In this document: one piece after another, positions 25,802 through 40,653 of the stretch
Layout of the letters: the number at the start of each line of letters is the position of its first letter
Numbering within the stretch: the stretch's first letter is position 1
NCBI GenBank assembly: GCA_951406725.2
Contig: OX597832.1
Coordinates: 18,166,001 to 18,230,000 of the forward strand
Direction: 5' to 3'
DNA: 64,000 nt
Source of the DNA: Octopus vulgaris
Taxonomy: Eukaryota
The notes under the pieces: model-generated
Databases searched by the model: none
Told to the model about the DNA's origin: nothing
What the model saw: only the letters and a program-made list of their open reading frames with translations
Translations under genes and position numbers: made by a program

Positions 25802-25827
<26 letters not shown>
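25310..25827 (+). mobile_element. 5'-truncated RTE-clade LINE 3' end
   Basis: Open frame 25313-25759 with QLRCSGHVVRMTDERLPKQIFYSQL..GKR..GGQKKRYKD and terminal CPHCDRSFRARIGLISHLRTH; short 3' UTR, (TAG)n tail; TSD GTAGTATATC at 25300-25309 and 25828-25837. Confidence 0.9.
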
Positions 25828-25833
<6 letters not shown>

Positions 25834-26609
25834 TATCGTAGTATAATATCATGGACATGGATTTGAACGTGAGGGCACATTCTTGTCAACCCAAGTAGCT
25901 AAGCATACTAAAAGATATACGCCCTTGCTTGAATAAGATTTAAGTTTATATAGCCAAAATATGTTGAGTATTTACAGCTGGGAGCATTCAGTGATTCTCG
26001 TCCTAATCCTGTATTTCGAGTGAGTAAAAATTTTATTTTTATGCTTCCCACACATTTTCGGTACATTCGTAATCTTTTGTCGCATACATTAAAAAAAGAA
26101 ACATAATCCACAGATGACAACACATTTTATAAAACATAATCATCCACAGATGACAATACATTTTACACTTCCTTACATTTTTTTTTTTCGCACTGGTTGC
26201 ATCAAGAAACACGCTTGACAAATCGTGTGACGTTCTTTCACTCGTGCACTCTTTTTCAGCTTTCATTTAGAAGAATGTGGCTGAGAGGCAGAACAATGAA
26301 CACGAGTTTTCGTGGACCAAATCTTTTGCGGTTCTCATGTCATTTCGGTACGTATATTTATCGGTAACTATTTCCTGAATCTTTTGCTACAGATTTTCAG
26401 AACCCGTATTAAAATGTGTTCAACGCAGTCACAATTAGGCACATACACACGCATATATATATATATGTGTGTGAGTTTGTGTGTGTGTGTATATGTGTGT
26501 GTGTATGTGTGTGTATATTTTTAAAATTTCTTTTTATTTTATCTAGTTTCAGGTCACGAACTGTGGCCATGCCGGGGCACGGAGCACCGCCATACACACA
26601 CACACACAT

Positions 26610-26655
<46 letters not shown>

Positions 26656-26724
26656 GTGTGTGTGTGTGTATGTATGCATATATATATGTATATATATATA
26701 TATATATACACACACACATACATA

Positions 26725-26830
26725 GGCCGCATGGGCTAGTACTTAGGGTGTTGCACTCATGATCGCGTGATTATGGTTTCAATTCCTCAGCCGTGTGGTA
26801 CGTTGTGTTCTTGAGCAAAACATTTCTTCT
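26725..26830 (+). mobile_element. Family 4 SINE 5' fragment
   Basis: GGCCGCATGGGCTAGTACTTAGGG...GGTTTCAATTCC...GTGTTCTTGAGCAAAACATT. Confidence 0.7.
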
Positions 26831-26916
26831 CCCTTCATCTCACTGCGATCAATTCCACACCCGACGTGCGGCATGCTGTGCAGTTGCTCAGGCACCGTCC
26901 ATACACACACACACAT

Positions 26917-26957
<41 letters not shown>

Positions 26958-27354
26958 GAAAAACCTCTCATTTGCCCTGGAAACAAGATACAAAGTAGTT
27001 TCGGCACATTTAAAAGAAAAGACAACTAACCCCCTTGTTGTTCCCTCTGGCGACGCCGGGGATGTAGGGACTATGACGTAAATGATAGACAAAATATTAG
27101 TTGAAGGACAATTTATTATGTGAGGAAGGGAAATTTACGGAGAGAATAAAATTATACAGAAAACGTGTGTGCACATACATACATACTTACACACATATGC
27201 GCATTGAGAGTTGCCGAAGAGATACGAATCATTGTGTAGGTCACATGACAGTTGTGACGCCTTCCAAGTTGCCCATAATGTGTAGGGTGATAATGATGGT
27301 ACCACTTCACGAAAGTTAACACCTGTGTGCGTAGCGCGAATATGACAGCCAGAA

Positions 27355-27870
27355 AATTTAGCACGCCGGGCGAAATGCTTAGCGGTATTTCGTCTGCCGC
27401 AACGTTCAGAGTTCAAATTCCGCCGAGGTCGACTTTGCCGTTCATCCTCTCGGGGGCGATTAAATAAGTACCAGTTACACACTGGGGCGTTATAATCGCC
27501 TTAATCCGTTTGTCTATCCTTGCTTGTCCCCTCTATGTTTAGCCCCTTGGTGGGTAGCAAAGAAATAGGTATTTCGTCTGCCTCTACGTTCTGAGTTCAA
27601 ATTCCGCCAAGGTCGACTTTGCCTTTCCTCCTTTCCGGGACGATTAAATAAGTACCAGTTACGCACTGGGGTCGATATAATCGACTTAATCCGTTTGTCT
27701 TTCCTTATTTGTCCTCTCCGTGTTTAGCCACTTGTGGGTAGTAAAGAAATGGGTATTTCAGCTGTCTTTACGTTCTGAGTTCAAATTCCGCCAAGGTCGA
27801 CTTTGCTGTTCATTCTTTCAGTGTGGATAAAGTAAGCACCAGTTGCGTACTGGGGATGATCTAATCGAAT
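27355..27870 (+). mobile_element. Family 2 SINE trimer
   Basis: Three units joined at AAAGAAAT(A/G)G|GTATTTC near 27568 and 27752. Confidence 0.9.
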
Positions 27871-28373
27871 CGCCTCCATACCCAACCCTAACTACGTTTA
27901 AATGATAAGGTACAATCTGAGGAATTTTATTGTATAAATCTCATGCAATGAAGTTTTGAAAGAAAAAAATTATGTGATTGTTTCACAAATTTGTTGGTGA
28001 TAATATAGTCGGATATCTTTTCTGAATATAACTCTCTATAAGCGACATATAATATATGTAACCGGCATCATTGAGGTAAGGAAAAAATTATCAACGGCAC
28101 CATTAATTTGCAATCCATATAATATAAAGAATGAAGAAATATGAGACTGAGTCCAGGTTATTTTTTCCCCATGTTATTAAAAAAGTCATATTACTTTCAA
28201 GAAATTATAAATGAATATTAAAAGAAATTTAAACTCTAAAGTATATGTGAATAGTAAACATAAAAAAAAAATAATACTTAATATTACAAGATTCACTTAT
28301 GTTTTAAATGGAATCCATATGTAAACAAATACTTATTCATCGCTTTCGCAAAAAATGTGAACAATTGCAGTGT

Positions 28374-28624
28374 GGAGAATATTTCTGAGCCATTGAAGAC
28401 AACATAAAAATTATTTGTTTTGCTTTAATATTTAAATTTCATTCACCAAGTTTGTCCGTGAATAAGTCGCAATTTCAAAGCGGCGAAAACATTTTGAGAA
28501 AGATTTGTTAGTGAAGTGGTCGCAGTTTCAAAGCGACGAAAATGTTTGACACAATTGAAATTTAAATGTTGAAGCGAAGCAAAGGGTTTTTATTTCAGCG
28601 CGCTTGCTATGCAAGTACATCTCC
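28374..28624. mobile_element. Degenerate MITE/fold-back with an internal direct repeat
   Basis: 28414-28441 TTTGTTTTGCTTTAATATTTAAATTTCA versus 28556-28583 TGAAATTTAAATGTTGAAGCGAAGCAAA; internal repeat GTCGCA(A/G)TTTCAAAGCG(G/A)CGAAAA twice; outer limits approximate. Confidence 0.6.
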
Positions 28625-28673
28625 GTAAAAGATGTAATAAAGCGAAAAACAAACAAGCAAATAAACAAAGAGC

Positions 28674-28725
<52 letters not shown>

Positions 28726-29009
28726 CTATCAATTTATCTATCTGTCTAATTATAAGACGTTTGACGAAGCGGAAGAACGTCAAGTTTTTTCCCACTATAT
28801 TGAAAAAAGTCTATTATTTCGAACAAATTATAAACGAATATTAATCATGGATTATTTTACTGATTTAAATTTCACAAAGTCTTAGTTCAATTCATACGCA
28901 TATTGTCAATTTACTTCATAATTAATGTATCACATCTATATGCATATATAACATCAATATGCGCAATACATACGCTGGCAGAAAAAGGCTGCAGGGCGGT
29001 TTTTATAAT

Positions 29010-29470
<461 letters not shown>

Positions 29471-30185
29471 AATTAATTTTCTCCGCCTATATTTTATGTG
29501 TCCTTGTCCCATTTAATTCGAAAAACATCCCTTGTTCTCTTTCGTTTTCTTTGATATGATTTATTTCATACATGGAAAGAGTACATGCCTATCGATCTAC
29601 CCTACATTAAATGCTCATTAAAGATCATAAGCAACAACCTCAATAATAGGTACATCGGAACAAAGTAAGCACGATATATTATCGACGTGTCCAAACTTCA
29701 TGTGAGGTATATTTCTATATTATTTGCACACACACACGCACGCACGCACACACACACACACACACACACACAATCCATATAATTACACGTATACACACTC
29801 ACACACAGATGCACATAGATATATACGCAACCTATCCAAATTGTGAGATGAAAGTATTTCGGAGTGGTTACGCGCTCTTCAGCCGCAGACACGGGATAGT
29901 GACGGTGCAAGCTTATAAGGGAGACCATCTCTTGTATCCTATTCCTGTCGTAGTCCGTCGGCTGGTAACGCTAATCCGCGGTCCACCGTAAACAAATTAC
30001 GGGGTGTGAGCACTATGTTGCGCTATTACAGTTAGAATATATGTCAGTGGCACGTTCGAACTTGTAGACAAGCCATTCATTGTGGTTTGTCATGGAGAAA
30101 ATTTCTCGCCGTAGATAAGTGATGTAAATACATATTAATTAGCTCGCAGTGCCACCCATCCGGACAGTGAAATGCAAGCATTTCA

Positions 30186-30284
<99 letters not shown>

Positions 30285-30348
30285 TAGATAGATAGATAGA
30301 GAGAGATAGAGAGATAGATGTCTGGATGGATAAATAGATAGATAGATG

Positions 30349-30394
<46 letters not shown>

Positions 30395-30399
30395 CAGAC

Positions 30400-30503
<104 letters not shown>

Positions 30504-30504
30504 T

Positions 30505-30548
<44 letters not shown>

Positions 30549-31322
30549 TATAGATTGATAGATAGATAGGTAGATAGAAGTATAGACAGATAGATGGATA
30601 GATAGATAGAATGATAGATAGATAGATGCGCATAGATATAATCGGAAAAAAGTGCAGTTCCAAACCTCCCTAATGACCCATTCTCACCCCCTCACTTCCG
30701 GTTTACTAAATATGAGGAGTCTACATTATTATCTTCTTTCTGATGTGATGAAGTGTTTTATAAATCTGTAATTTGTATATATTTTGATGACGATTCTGAC
30801 TGTGGTTGAATTAAATGTTTTAAAATATTTTCCTCTCTGAAGTCTACTGGCGAAAGACACAATTTAGCAAAAGTGACTAGCTGTCTTTAATAAATGATGC
30901 TGAAGGTTTCTACTTAAGGAAAACTTCCCAGGAGACGCGAATTCGTCTTATACAGGATAAAGGCATTTTTATATTCCACAAATATTGAATGAGTGTATAT
31001 CAAGCTGTTTCATGGAACTCTGCACACGTAATTATTATATTTAATGCCACTCTGCGATGCAGCAAAATTCTTGTATTATAATTCGTATGGAGTTGCCGCT
31101 TTACTTGTTTACTTGGCAGTATCTTGCATTTCTGGCACTGGTGGGAGAGAAATCATCGTTTTTGCTCTTGAACAACTGTTATTCCTCCCTTCCAAGAAAA
31201 GACATCAGCCAGCAAAATGTTGGGAGTGGTAACTACTTCCTCTTCAATATAACGTACGGTTCTGCTATAAATATACATAATTCTTTGGAGTCATATTTTT
31301 CTGCTCTTAACGTTATCATATA

Positions 31323-31677
31323 CTAGCAGAATCGCCCGGCGTTGCTCGGGTTTGTAAGGGAAATTACTCTGTAAGCATTTTTAGAGAGTTATAGCAAAAA
31401 AATAGCAAAAAAATGCATTAAAAATGGAAAAAGAATGATGGTAAATTTTTTTTTAAAATCGTTGACTCATCGTAGAAATTTTTAGAGAGTTACTTCCCTT
31501 ATATGATAGCGAGAAAATGCATTAAAATGGAAAAAAATGATGGTAATTTTTTTTTTAAATCGTAGATTCATCGTAGATTCGCGCTAATACCCAGAAGGGC
31601 TCGATATAAATCACGACTATAAGATACCCGGTTTTGGTTAGGAGACAAAGACAAAACTTCACTTTTATATATAATGA
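31323..31677 (-). mobile_element. Non-autonomous Helitron
   Basis: Minus strand A|TCATTATATATAAAAG ... CCCGAGCAACGCCGGGCGATTCTGCTAG|T; 3' about 125 bp shared with 8019-8388; internal tandem duplication of about 100 bp. Confidence 0.85.
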
Positions 31678-32241
31678 TAATCCTGGCTTAAGATCGGTCA
31701 GTCGTATACTGATGCCGATATAATATATACTCACTTCAACACAAATTTCCGACCGTGTTCTTAAAACAACATAACAACTATTAGTGCGAATGACAACGAA
31801 TTGGTAGAGATGGTAATGTGTTAAATAGAATGCTTAACTCTATTTTCACTAGCTCTTCGTGCTTTAATGTCAAATCCCACTAATGTCTCAACTTTGCTAT
31901 TGTCAGTTTTACGTCAATAAAGAAAATATTCGTCAAGGGGAGATAACTGATGGAATTTTAAAACATTTGAACGAGGTGATATGTTCCATCCCACTGAAAC
32001 GTCTGCAAGCAGAAGCAACATCGACTTTATTGTTCACTTGTAAAACTGCGGTGGCTTCTTGAGGGCACTCTTACATGCATGAACAGCTGCTACTTTTCTC
32101 AACATAAATTACTTAAGACATGAGATTAAAGAGAACTTTCCAGGTACAGATCTATGGTTTTACAAGACAAGGTAGAACCCTATTATTAGTATAATGATGT
32201 TGATAGTTAATTATCATTCTTACTGTTATTATAGTAAATGG

Positions 32242-32570
32242 TGAAGGCACATGGCTCAGTGGTTAGAGCAACGAACTTACGACCGTGAGGTTGTGAGATC
32301 GAATCCGCACCGGGCTGCGTGTTTGTGTCCTTGAGCAAGACACTTCATTTCATGTTGCTCCAGTTCACTCAGCTGTAGAAATGAGTTTCGACGTCACTGG
32401 CGCCTAACTGTTTCGGCCTTTGCCTTTCCCTTTGATAACATCGTTGGCGTATAGGGGGGAGGCCGATTTGCATGTGCAACTGCTGGTCTTCCATAAACAA
32501 ATTTGCCCGGTCTTGTGCCTCGGGGGTAACTTTCTTGGTGCAATCCCATGGTAAATCGTGATAGTAAATA
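32242..32570 (+). mobile_element. Family 4-type SINE with a different tail
   Basis: TGGCTCAGTGGTTAGAGC (A box), GATCGAATCC (B box), GTGTCCTTGAGCAAGACACTT...CACTCAGCTG, then a tail unlike 14130-14620. Confidence 0.8.
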
Positions 32571-33425
32571 GTGGGACAACGTTATGACTGCATATAATAC
32601 ATACAAATGAAAGTACATCTCTTAAAATTTGCAGGGACTTTTCGCTATTGAATATTATAATGTAACAGATATCACTTGACCTACAAATACAAAACTCAGC
32701 ACCGTAGCCATCATAAGCTACCACTACCGCCACCAACAACAGCAACAACAACATTACCACCACTACTACGATCCAAATTGTTATTGTCATCAATGTCGCG
32801 AAGGCCATCTCCTCTAACACCAGATATCATCACCATCATCCGAAATGCCTCCACCATTAATATCCTATTTAATATAGTTGCCATTGTCGGCACAACTACC
32901 GGCAACACTACATCTTCTACAACCTAAATTCTCATCATCATCATCATCATCATCTTCATCATTGTCAAGATTGAAATATTGTGATTTTCTTTATTAAGCG
33001 AATTAAAGAGAATACCAGACAATGTGAACTAAGAGAAGAGAGGAAGATGTGTTTTATGGAACGACGAAAACAAAGGCAGATATAAGAAACATTAAGAAGA
33101 GAAGAAATTACAAGAAGAGACAAGATGAATGAGAGCGAGTTGAATGATTATTTATAACTGATATGAGATAGAGTTCAAGAGAAAGTAACTCGTACGTATT
33201 ACTTTCCAATAACCGGCGATAGAGCTAATTATGATTAAGTTTAATGTATTATGTCAATTATCATAAATATACAATTATAAATTATTATTCATAAAAAAAT
33301 ATCATATTTATTACAATATTATTATTGATGATCTTATCGTTATTCTTGTCGTTGTTGTTGTTCTTATTTTCTTCTTCTTCTTTTTCTTCTTCTTCTTCTT
33401 CCTCTTATTATTATTATTTTTATCC

Positions 33426-33473
<48 letters not shown>

Positions 33474-34548
33474 GTGCAGAGATATTTATCATTATCATTC
33501 ATATAATATAATAATTATTACATTAGTTTTTGCGCTGGTAGCCATTGTTGCGTCTATTTTAATTTTATTTTGTGTTTATCATAGCTACAAAAATGGACGT
33601 CTTTGTTGTTGTTATTGTCGTTACAGCTGTTTTTGTTATTGTTGTTCGTGTTCCTGCTGTCATTACTATTGATGTTGTTAATATTGATGAGTTTTCTATT
33701 GATGTTCTTCCCGTTACTGGTTGATCTTATTGTCGGTGCTGTTTTTGTTCATGTTCTTGTTGGTGATGTTATTCCCGTTCGATATTGCTATCATTGAAAT
33801 TTCGTGTGTTGCTATTTTTTAAGTTGTTGCTGTTGCTACTGCTGACAGTAGAATTAGTGGTAGATTTGATGCTGCTTTTGCTGATGGTCATGCTATTAAT
33901 TTAGTTGATGTAGACGCTGGCGCTACCGATGGTTTTACCGTTGCTGATGGTGACGACTTTGTTGCGTTTTGGATATCCTGTGATCTGTAGCTCCCGACAG
34001 ACATGTAATGGCATCAAATGTTGACGAACAAGCGCTTAATTGAGCGTAAGATTTCTTTGAAAATGGAAAAAAAATAAATAAGAGAAGAAAACAAAGAAAT
34101 AAAGAGAAAGTAAAAATTAAGCAAGTCGCGATTGAAATGTCAATTTGACCATCAAACTTAACACGTTGCCAACATGTTGTACCTTTATATCGTTTTATAT
34201 ATTTATAAAAAAAAAGAACTTTTCTTTTCGTTAATAACATTTGTATTTATATTTTCTCTTTTCGGAGTTCGAATTTCCCGCTTGAATCAACATATACTGT
34301 GATCAAAAGATGAAGGTATAATAGTAAACATAAATTAGGGAAAAGAAAGAGAGCAGAAAGAGAGGAAATGTTTCAAGGAGACGGAAAGTGTATAAATTTA
34401 TGTATCTAATGGAACTCGGGAAAATGAGAACATTAAATGCGAATTTGGCAACTTTGATATTTAGAGTTATACCCTCAAGTGTATACATATATAGATAAAT
34501 TTAACACATAAACACAGACATGCACAGACATACCGAGAGAGATAGACG

Positions 34549-34579
<31 letters not shown>

Positions 34580-34861
34580 GTATATATGTATATATATATA
34601 TGTGTGTGTATGTATGTATATATGTATATATATGTGTATGTATGTATATATATATATATGTATATGAATATATATATAAATATGTATATATATGTATGTA
34701 TGTATGTATGTATTTATGTAAATATGTGTGTGGGTTGGTATAGTCATGTCAGTGTAGATTGCGCGCATGTATATATATAAATGAGCATTTCGTCTTCGTC
34801 TTCTTCTTCTTCTTCTTCTTCTTCTTCTTCTTCTTCTTCTTCTTCTTCTCAGCATTATCAT

Positions 34862-35023
<162 letters not shown>

Positions 35024-35039
35024 TACAAAAAAAAGGTAA

Positions 35040-35357
35040 GCAGTTAATATCTAAACTGAGCACGCACTGGCTGTCCGTCGGTTACAACGACGATGGTTCC
35101 ATTTGATCCCATTGAAGGAAGAGCCGTCTCGCGAAATTAATGTATATGTGGGCGAGCACTCCACAGACCCGTATATACTTAATGTAGTTCCCAGAGAGCT
35201 TGACAAGACTGGCCCTTCGAAATACAGTCACTACTCATTCTAGCCAGCTGAGTGTACTGGAGCAACGTGTACTGTTCTCAAGAGCACAAGGCATCGACGA
35301 GAATTGAACTAATGACCTCCCATTTATTAGCCAAAAATCCTAAACACTAAGCCACGT
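35040..35357 (-). mobile_element. Decayed family 4-type SINE with a third tail type
   Basis: Reverse complement matches 39003-39300 (CACTCAGCTGGC, GAAGGGCCAG, GAACTAC, TCTGTGGAGTGCTC). Confidence 0.75.
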
Positions 35358-35488
35358 ATATTCACACCTAATATGAATAAACATAAACAGATTAAACACA
35401 ATAACTATATATACACACATATATATATAAATTTATAAATGTATAGGTATGTATATATATGTGCATATATATACACATATATAGATAC

Positions 35489-35637
<149 letters not shown>

Positions 35638-35963
35638 CAAACATATATATACACACATGATTCTTTTTTCTTTTCAGATATATTTGCGAGTGTCGTGAGT
35701 GCTGTCAAACTAACCAAATTTTCACACACACATATAGAAAATGTGACGTTGTGGTGGTAGGAGTGACGCTATAAAACGTCATTTACGTTAGCTGACTTAA
35801 ACAACGATTATAATGTTTAATAGTAATGCAAATATGTAAATGAAAATTAAGTATATATGTTAGCCGAAAGATTACTGAATCTTTTGATACCTCATACATC
35901 AAAATTGGTAACTCAGTTTTACGAATCTATACATACACACATACCCACACAAAATCATCTTTA

Positions 35964-36005
<42 letters not shown>

Positions 36006-36951
36006 TATGAATGACATATAAACACAATTATTGTAATAGCGTTCAGTGTTTAACTGCTGTTTTTCTATTAAGAAACTTAAACTCAAAATATAATTCTTGC
36101 ATGTAAATCGCCTAGCTACCACTGAGACGTATAAATGAAGTGTATATTGATTGTCTGAGGTGTGAAACGAAACACGCAGAGTCGTTGACATACAGCACCA
36201 ATTATGATATAGGTCAACATATTTACATACATGTGTACATAAACACACTTCTCGCATACATATAGCATAACACAAAGTGGTCGGATATTAAATCGATTTT
36301 AAATATATATGAAAGTTGACTAAGGACAAACTATACATAAGTGCAGTGTCTTTAATACTTTAATGCAATATTTTAACGAAAACTGACAATGAACATAAAC
36401 AAAACCAACGTAAAAAGATTATATAAATATTTGATGTAAAGAAAGCAAAGGAAATCGATGAATAATTCAGAGGCAAATGCAAAAAAAATAATCATAACTA
36501 ACAGTAAACAAACGTTGAAACAGCGAATGTATTTGATTTTTTATCATCTTTTTGCGTATGTATACTTTTAATATAGAGCTAAATTACCCGGAGACGTCTT
36601 ATCTGAACATGCCTTATTCCAACAACATTTTTTTTTTTTATAGTTAAGAATCAATATCATTCTTCTGAATGTTACCACAACAGAGAAAATATATATACGT
36701 GGCATAAGATAAGTAACAACATATTGTTTAGATGTTGTTAGTTTTCGGTTGTTAGTATTTAGTTAGTATTTTGTTCGTATGTTAGTTTCAGTATATATGT
36801 CACATTTTTTATTATTAAAATATCCAGGGAGTATAGTTGATATTGTGAGTATTCCATTGTGATCCGCACGTTATGGTTTATGCTTTGAAGGCCAAGATTT
36901 TAAAACTTCGCACACGCTGTCATCAGTTCGTCTTTTAAAACGTCACTATAC

Positions 36952-37430
36952 AGGTGCAATTTGGGTGTCTGATAAGAAGCTTGCTTGCTAACCACAATGT
37001 TTCGTGTTCAGTCCCTCTACGTGCGACCTTGGGCAAGTGTCTTCTACTATAGTCTGGCCGACGATAGACTTGCGAGTGGATTTGGTAGGCAGAAACTCAA
37101 AGTAGAACGTCGTATATATGTATGAGTGTGTGTGTGTGTCTCTGGTTTTCCATCACCATTGCTTGACAGCAAATGTTCGTGCGTTTACGTCCTCGTAACT
37201 TAGCAGTTCCGCAAAATAGACCGATAGAATAAGTATAATGTCTCCCCACATCTTCACATCAAAATCTATGTTGATGTGTTTACGTGTCCGTAACCTAGCA
37301 GTTCGGCAAACGTGGCCGATAGAATACGCACTGTTCTTCCAAAGAATAAGCCCTGGGTCGATTTGTTGGACAAAAGGTGGTGCTTCAGCATGACCGCAGT
37401 CAAATGACTGAAATAAGTAAAAGAATAAAA
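36952..37430 (+). mobile_element. Older family 1 SINE with an internal duplication
   Basis: GTTCAGTCCC, CCTTGGGCAAGTGTCTTCT, two GTTTACGT..CGTAAC..GCAGTTC blocks, tail CAGTCAAATGACTGAAATAAGTAAAAG. Confidence 0.8.
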
Positions 37431-38134
37431 CCTATGATATAACTTGAATTAAGAATTTATACCTAGAACATGTAGGTCCAGTTACATGCGTACATTTATA
37501 TAAGTAAACGAAAGAAGTGGAGGGGGTAAATATGGAAAGACCCCCATTGAAACTGGACACTCAGTACTTATGATAAAGAAGATACAAACGGATAAACATA
37601 AAACATGAAAAAAATGGTCTATTCGGTATTTATAATTTTTTCCCTTGTTTTCATTCCGTTACATTATCTTAGCAATATTCTATTCAAGTAGAGAATGTTT
37701 TTAACTAATTTTCTGTTAAATTAGTAATTATTAAAACCATAAAATTATAATCTTATACGTGCATGTCGGTGTAATATGGATTTCTTCATTGTGTTGTTGA
37801 AATTTAAACTAGGAGAATCCCCAAATAACATATAATGCTTTACTCTCCTGGTTGTTGTGCTATTCATTTACATATAATTTGTTAAAAATAATATTATTCA
37901 GAATGGAATAACTTTCCTTTTCTATGACTAATAGTGTCTTTTGAAAAATATTTGTCTGCTAATTCTTGCGTGTCAAGCCACCATCATCTACAAGCTTCTT
38001 ATTTGGATCAAAGGACTATTTGTCTAACGTTTTGATTTTCATAAATGTCGGATGAGCAAGATATTCAGCCAGTCGTATTTATTTTACACAGTATTTAGAG
38101 TGAAATTATTTGAGATAGTGTTTGAATTTGCCTA

Positions 38135-38597
38135 TAGAAACTGCAGGTCTATTTCCGTAAGCATACAATAACCCCCATGTCAGGTCCGTTTACCTAAATA
38201 TTTAGTAACCTTAGGGCATCTTTGTGTATGTAAATCTACACTAACTTCAGATCATCCTTGTTTGTATACACGAATAGTCAACGCACTCCGCTCTTTACAT
38301 AAACCTTAGGAACCACGGTAAGATATTTTTACACAAATCTATAGAAGGCCATGAGAGTCCTATTCACACAAATATTCAGTAACCCCAGGACCAATACTGT
38401 TTACATAAACCCATAGAATATGAAGTCAACTATGTTTATTTAAACTTAAAATAACCCGCGTTAGTCCAGTTTATATAAGGTTATAGTAACTCGGTCAAAT
38501 TTGTTTACATAAACCTATAATATCCTCTGTCAGGCTTGTGTACATAAGTCGATATTAACCCTTGCTATACACGTTTACATTTTCCTATAATACCCTC
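38135..38597. repeat. Degenerate minisatellite, about 13 units of about 35 bp
   Basis: Recurring TGTTTACATAAACCTATAGTAACCC-like core, e.g. at 38398 and 38502, with variants at roughly 35-bp spacing. Confidence 0.75.
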
Positions 38598-39002
38598 AAG
38601 TAGAAGCACTCGTAGAGGTATTCAGGCACTGGATATTATTTCGGCATTATTTCTGTCAATCGTCTGCAATCTAATTTCAACTGAGGTCAAATATGATATG
38701 AACGCCTTCGGCCTCTCTAAATAGATTATCGTCCAGGTAGAACTCCCGTTACTATCTATTTTCGCTATCATTTCATTACTGCCCCTGTTACTCTGTTGTC
38801 CTCGGTGACTTACGTTCCTGCAGCTGAATATGTCAAATGTCAGAGGGTACCAGATTTTGTGGGTACTGGGAATGGTGTACTACGGACCAGCCCAATTTGG
38901 ACATCGCTTGACATCCTTATGTCTTCACTAAGATTTATAGTCGCCCTACTGTGCCGCGGGCTGTCTCTGTACAGCCACGTTCCATCTAATTTACTCACGT
39001 GA

Positions 39003-39300
39003 ATGCGCATGGCTTAGTGGTTAGGGCATTCGACTCACGATTGCAAGGTCGTGAGTTCAATTCCCGGCGACGCTTTGTATCCTTGAGCAAAATAATTTAT
39101 GTCACGTTGCGCCAGACCACTCAGCTGGCAAAAAGGAGTTGTACCTGTATTTCAAAGGGCCAGCCTTGTAACACTCTGTGTCTCGCTGAATCTCCCTGAG
39201 AACTACGTTAGAGGTACACATGTCTGTGGAGTGCTCAACCACTTGCACATTAATTTTATGATCAAGCTATTCCGTTGATCGTCGCAACAGATGGAGTACC
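39003..39300 (+). mobile_element. Family 4-type SINE with a third tail type
   Basis: TGGCTTAGTGGTTAGGG, GAGTTCAATTCC, CCTTGAGCAA, CCACTCAGCTGGC, tail GTACCTGTATTTCAAAGGGCCAGCC. Confidence 0.82.
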
Positions 39301-39779
39301 CATTAATATACTTACAGTATACAAGAAATGAAATAATTACTGGCGCGGATGCGCTTGGAGGAAGTTCTCCAAGGTGGTACTCTTATATGGCCGCAATCTA
39401 ATGCTTGAAGTGAGCAAAAGAAAGGATAAACGGAAGCCTTTCATTAGAAAGGTGCTGTATTCTGTTGCTCTCAGGTTATTCTTTGTGTAAAATAATTAGC
39501 TTTTCTAGAAGTATCCTGGAAACAGATTATTTTGATTTTGTACCCTCCCTGCAGAACTGAGAGTGTTTATTCTTAATTGCAGATACTCAATGCAGATATT
39601 AGACTTAATTTTAAAATGTGACAGCTTGAAGAGTGATGTGACAGTATAAACAAACCAGTATAAAGAATTAAAGGATATATCTTCAATATTGGGATGTTTA
39701 CCTTACAGAGATCCTCTATGATTTATACATATATATATGTGACGACGTATTTTTGTATTCTTATTCGTGTAACATCGTC

Positions 39780-40015
39780 CGTTTTTCCGTCCCTATTTTG
39801 TATATATTCGAGGCTTTCTTCCAAGCAATCTAATGCGTTTGGCTTAGATTTTCCTTTGGGGCTGGCCAGATCGGAGCAATCTCAAGATTAATCAGCCGAA
39901 ATTGCGAGGATGATCCGGTTCTTGACTGAAGATTGAAGGCTTCGAATGTCCCGTCCGTGTTTTTTGCATCGTCTTCTAAATGTTTTGTGTTCTTGTCCCA
40001 GTTTGTATTTTTTTA
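39780..40015 (+). mobile_element. Family D repeat
   Basis: Homologous to 2740-2930 and 1481-1570; followed by (TA)n. Confidence 0.55.
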
Positions 40016-40017
40016 CA

Positions 40018-40058
<41 letters not shown>

Positions 40059-40381
40059 CTTAGAATCTCGATATATATTTATTCGCTACCGTTAAATGCA
40101 ATAATGGACGTGAAACCAATGGTAACTTTTTGACCACTAACAGCCAATGAATGACAGAGACATGTAGATACTCTTACATACGCACACACTCACAGACACA
40201 CACACATATATATATGTATATATATATATATATGTTTGTGTGTGCGTGCAGAAGCATGAACATAATGTAAAAGAAATAGATAAATATAAACATGTACCAA
40301 TTATATAAAGCACACACTGCCATTATAACCAACAAAGTATTCATGTACTAAACCATAATTTAGCACTATATCGTAGACGTC

Positions 40382-40644
40382 GCGGTTTCTGTGGCGTATG
40401 TGTTCCTCCCAACTGGATGGGACGCCAGTCCATCGCAGCGTTAGTCAAGAAACAGGACGAGAGAGTGAGAGAAAGTTGTGGCGAAAGACTACAACAGGGG
40501 TCGCCACGAGACCCTGCTGCAGCGTCGTGGAGCTTTTAGGCATTTTCGCTCAATAAACACACACAACTCCCGGTTTGGGAATCGAAACCGCGATCTTTCG
40601 ACCGCGTGTTCGCTGCCCTAACCACTGGAGGCCATTGCGCCTCC
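40382..40644 (-). mobile_element. Chimeric SINE: family 3 head and body, family 4 tail
   Basis: Head GGAGGCGCAATGGC...GGTTTCGATTCCC as at 58287; 3' part CGCTGCGATGGACTGGCGTCCC...AACACATACGCC as at 14530-14580. Confidence 0.8.
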
Positions 40645-40653
40645 ACCTATATC

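Noticed and set aside
29846-29888. Minus-strand CTGAAGA...GAAA hammerhead candidate
   Set aside because: No complementary stem I or plausible stem III.
38135-38597. CRISPR array
   Set aside because: Eukaryotic context, no identical repeats, the intervening parts are related to each other, and no cas genes.
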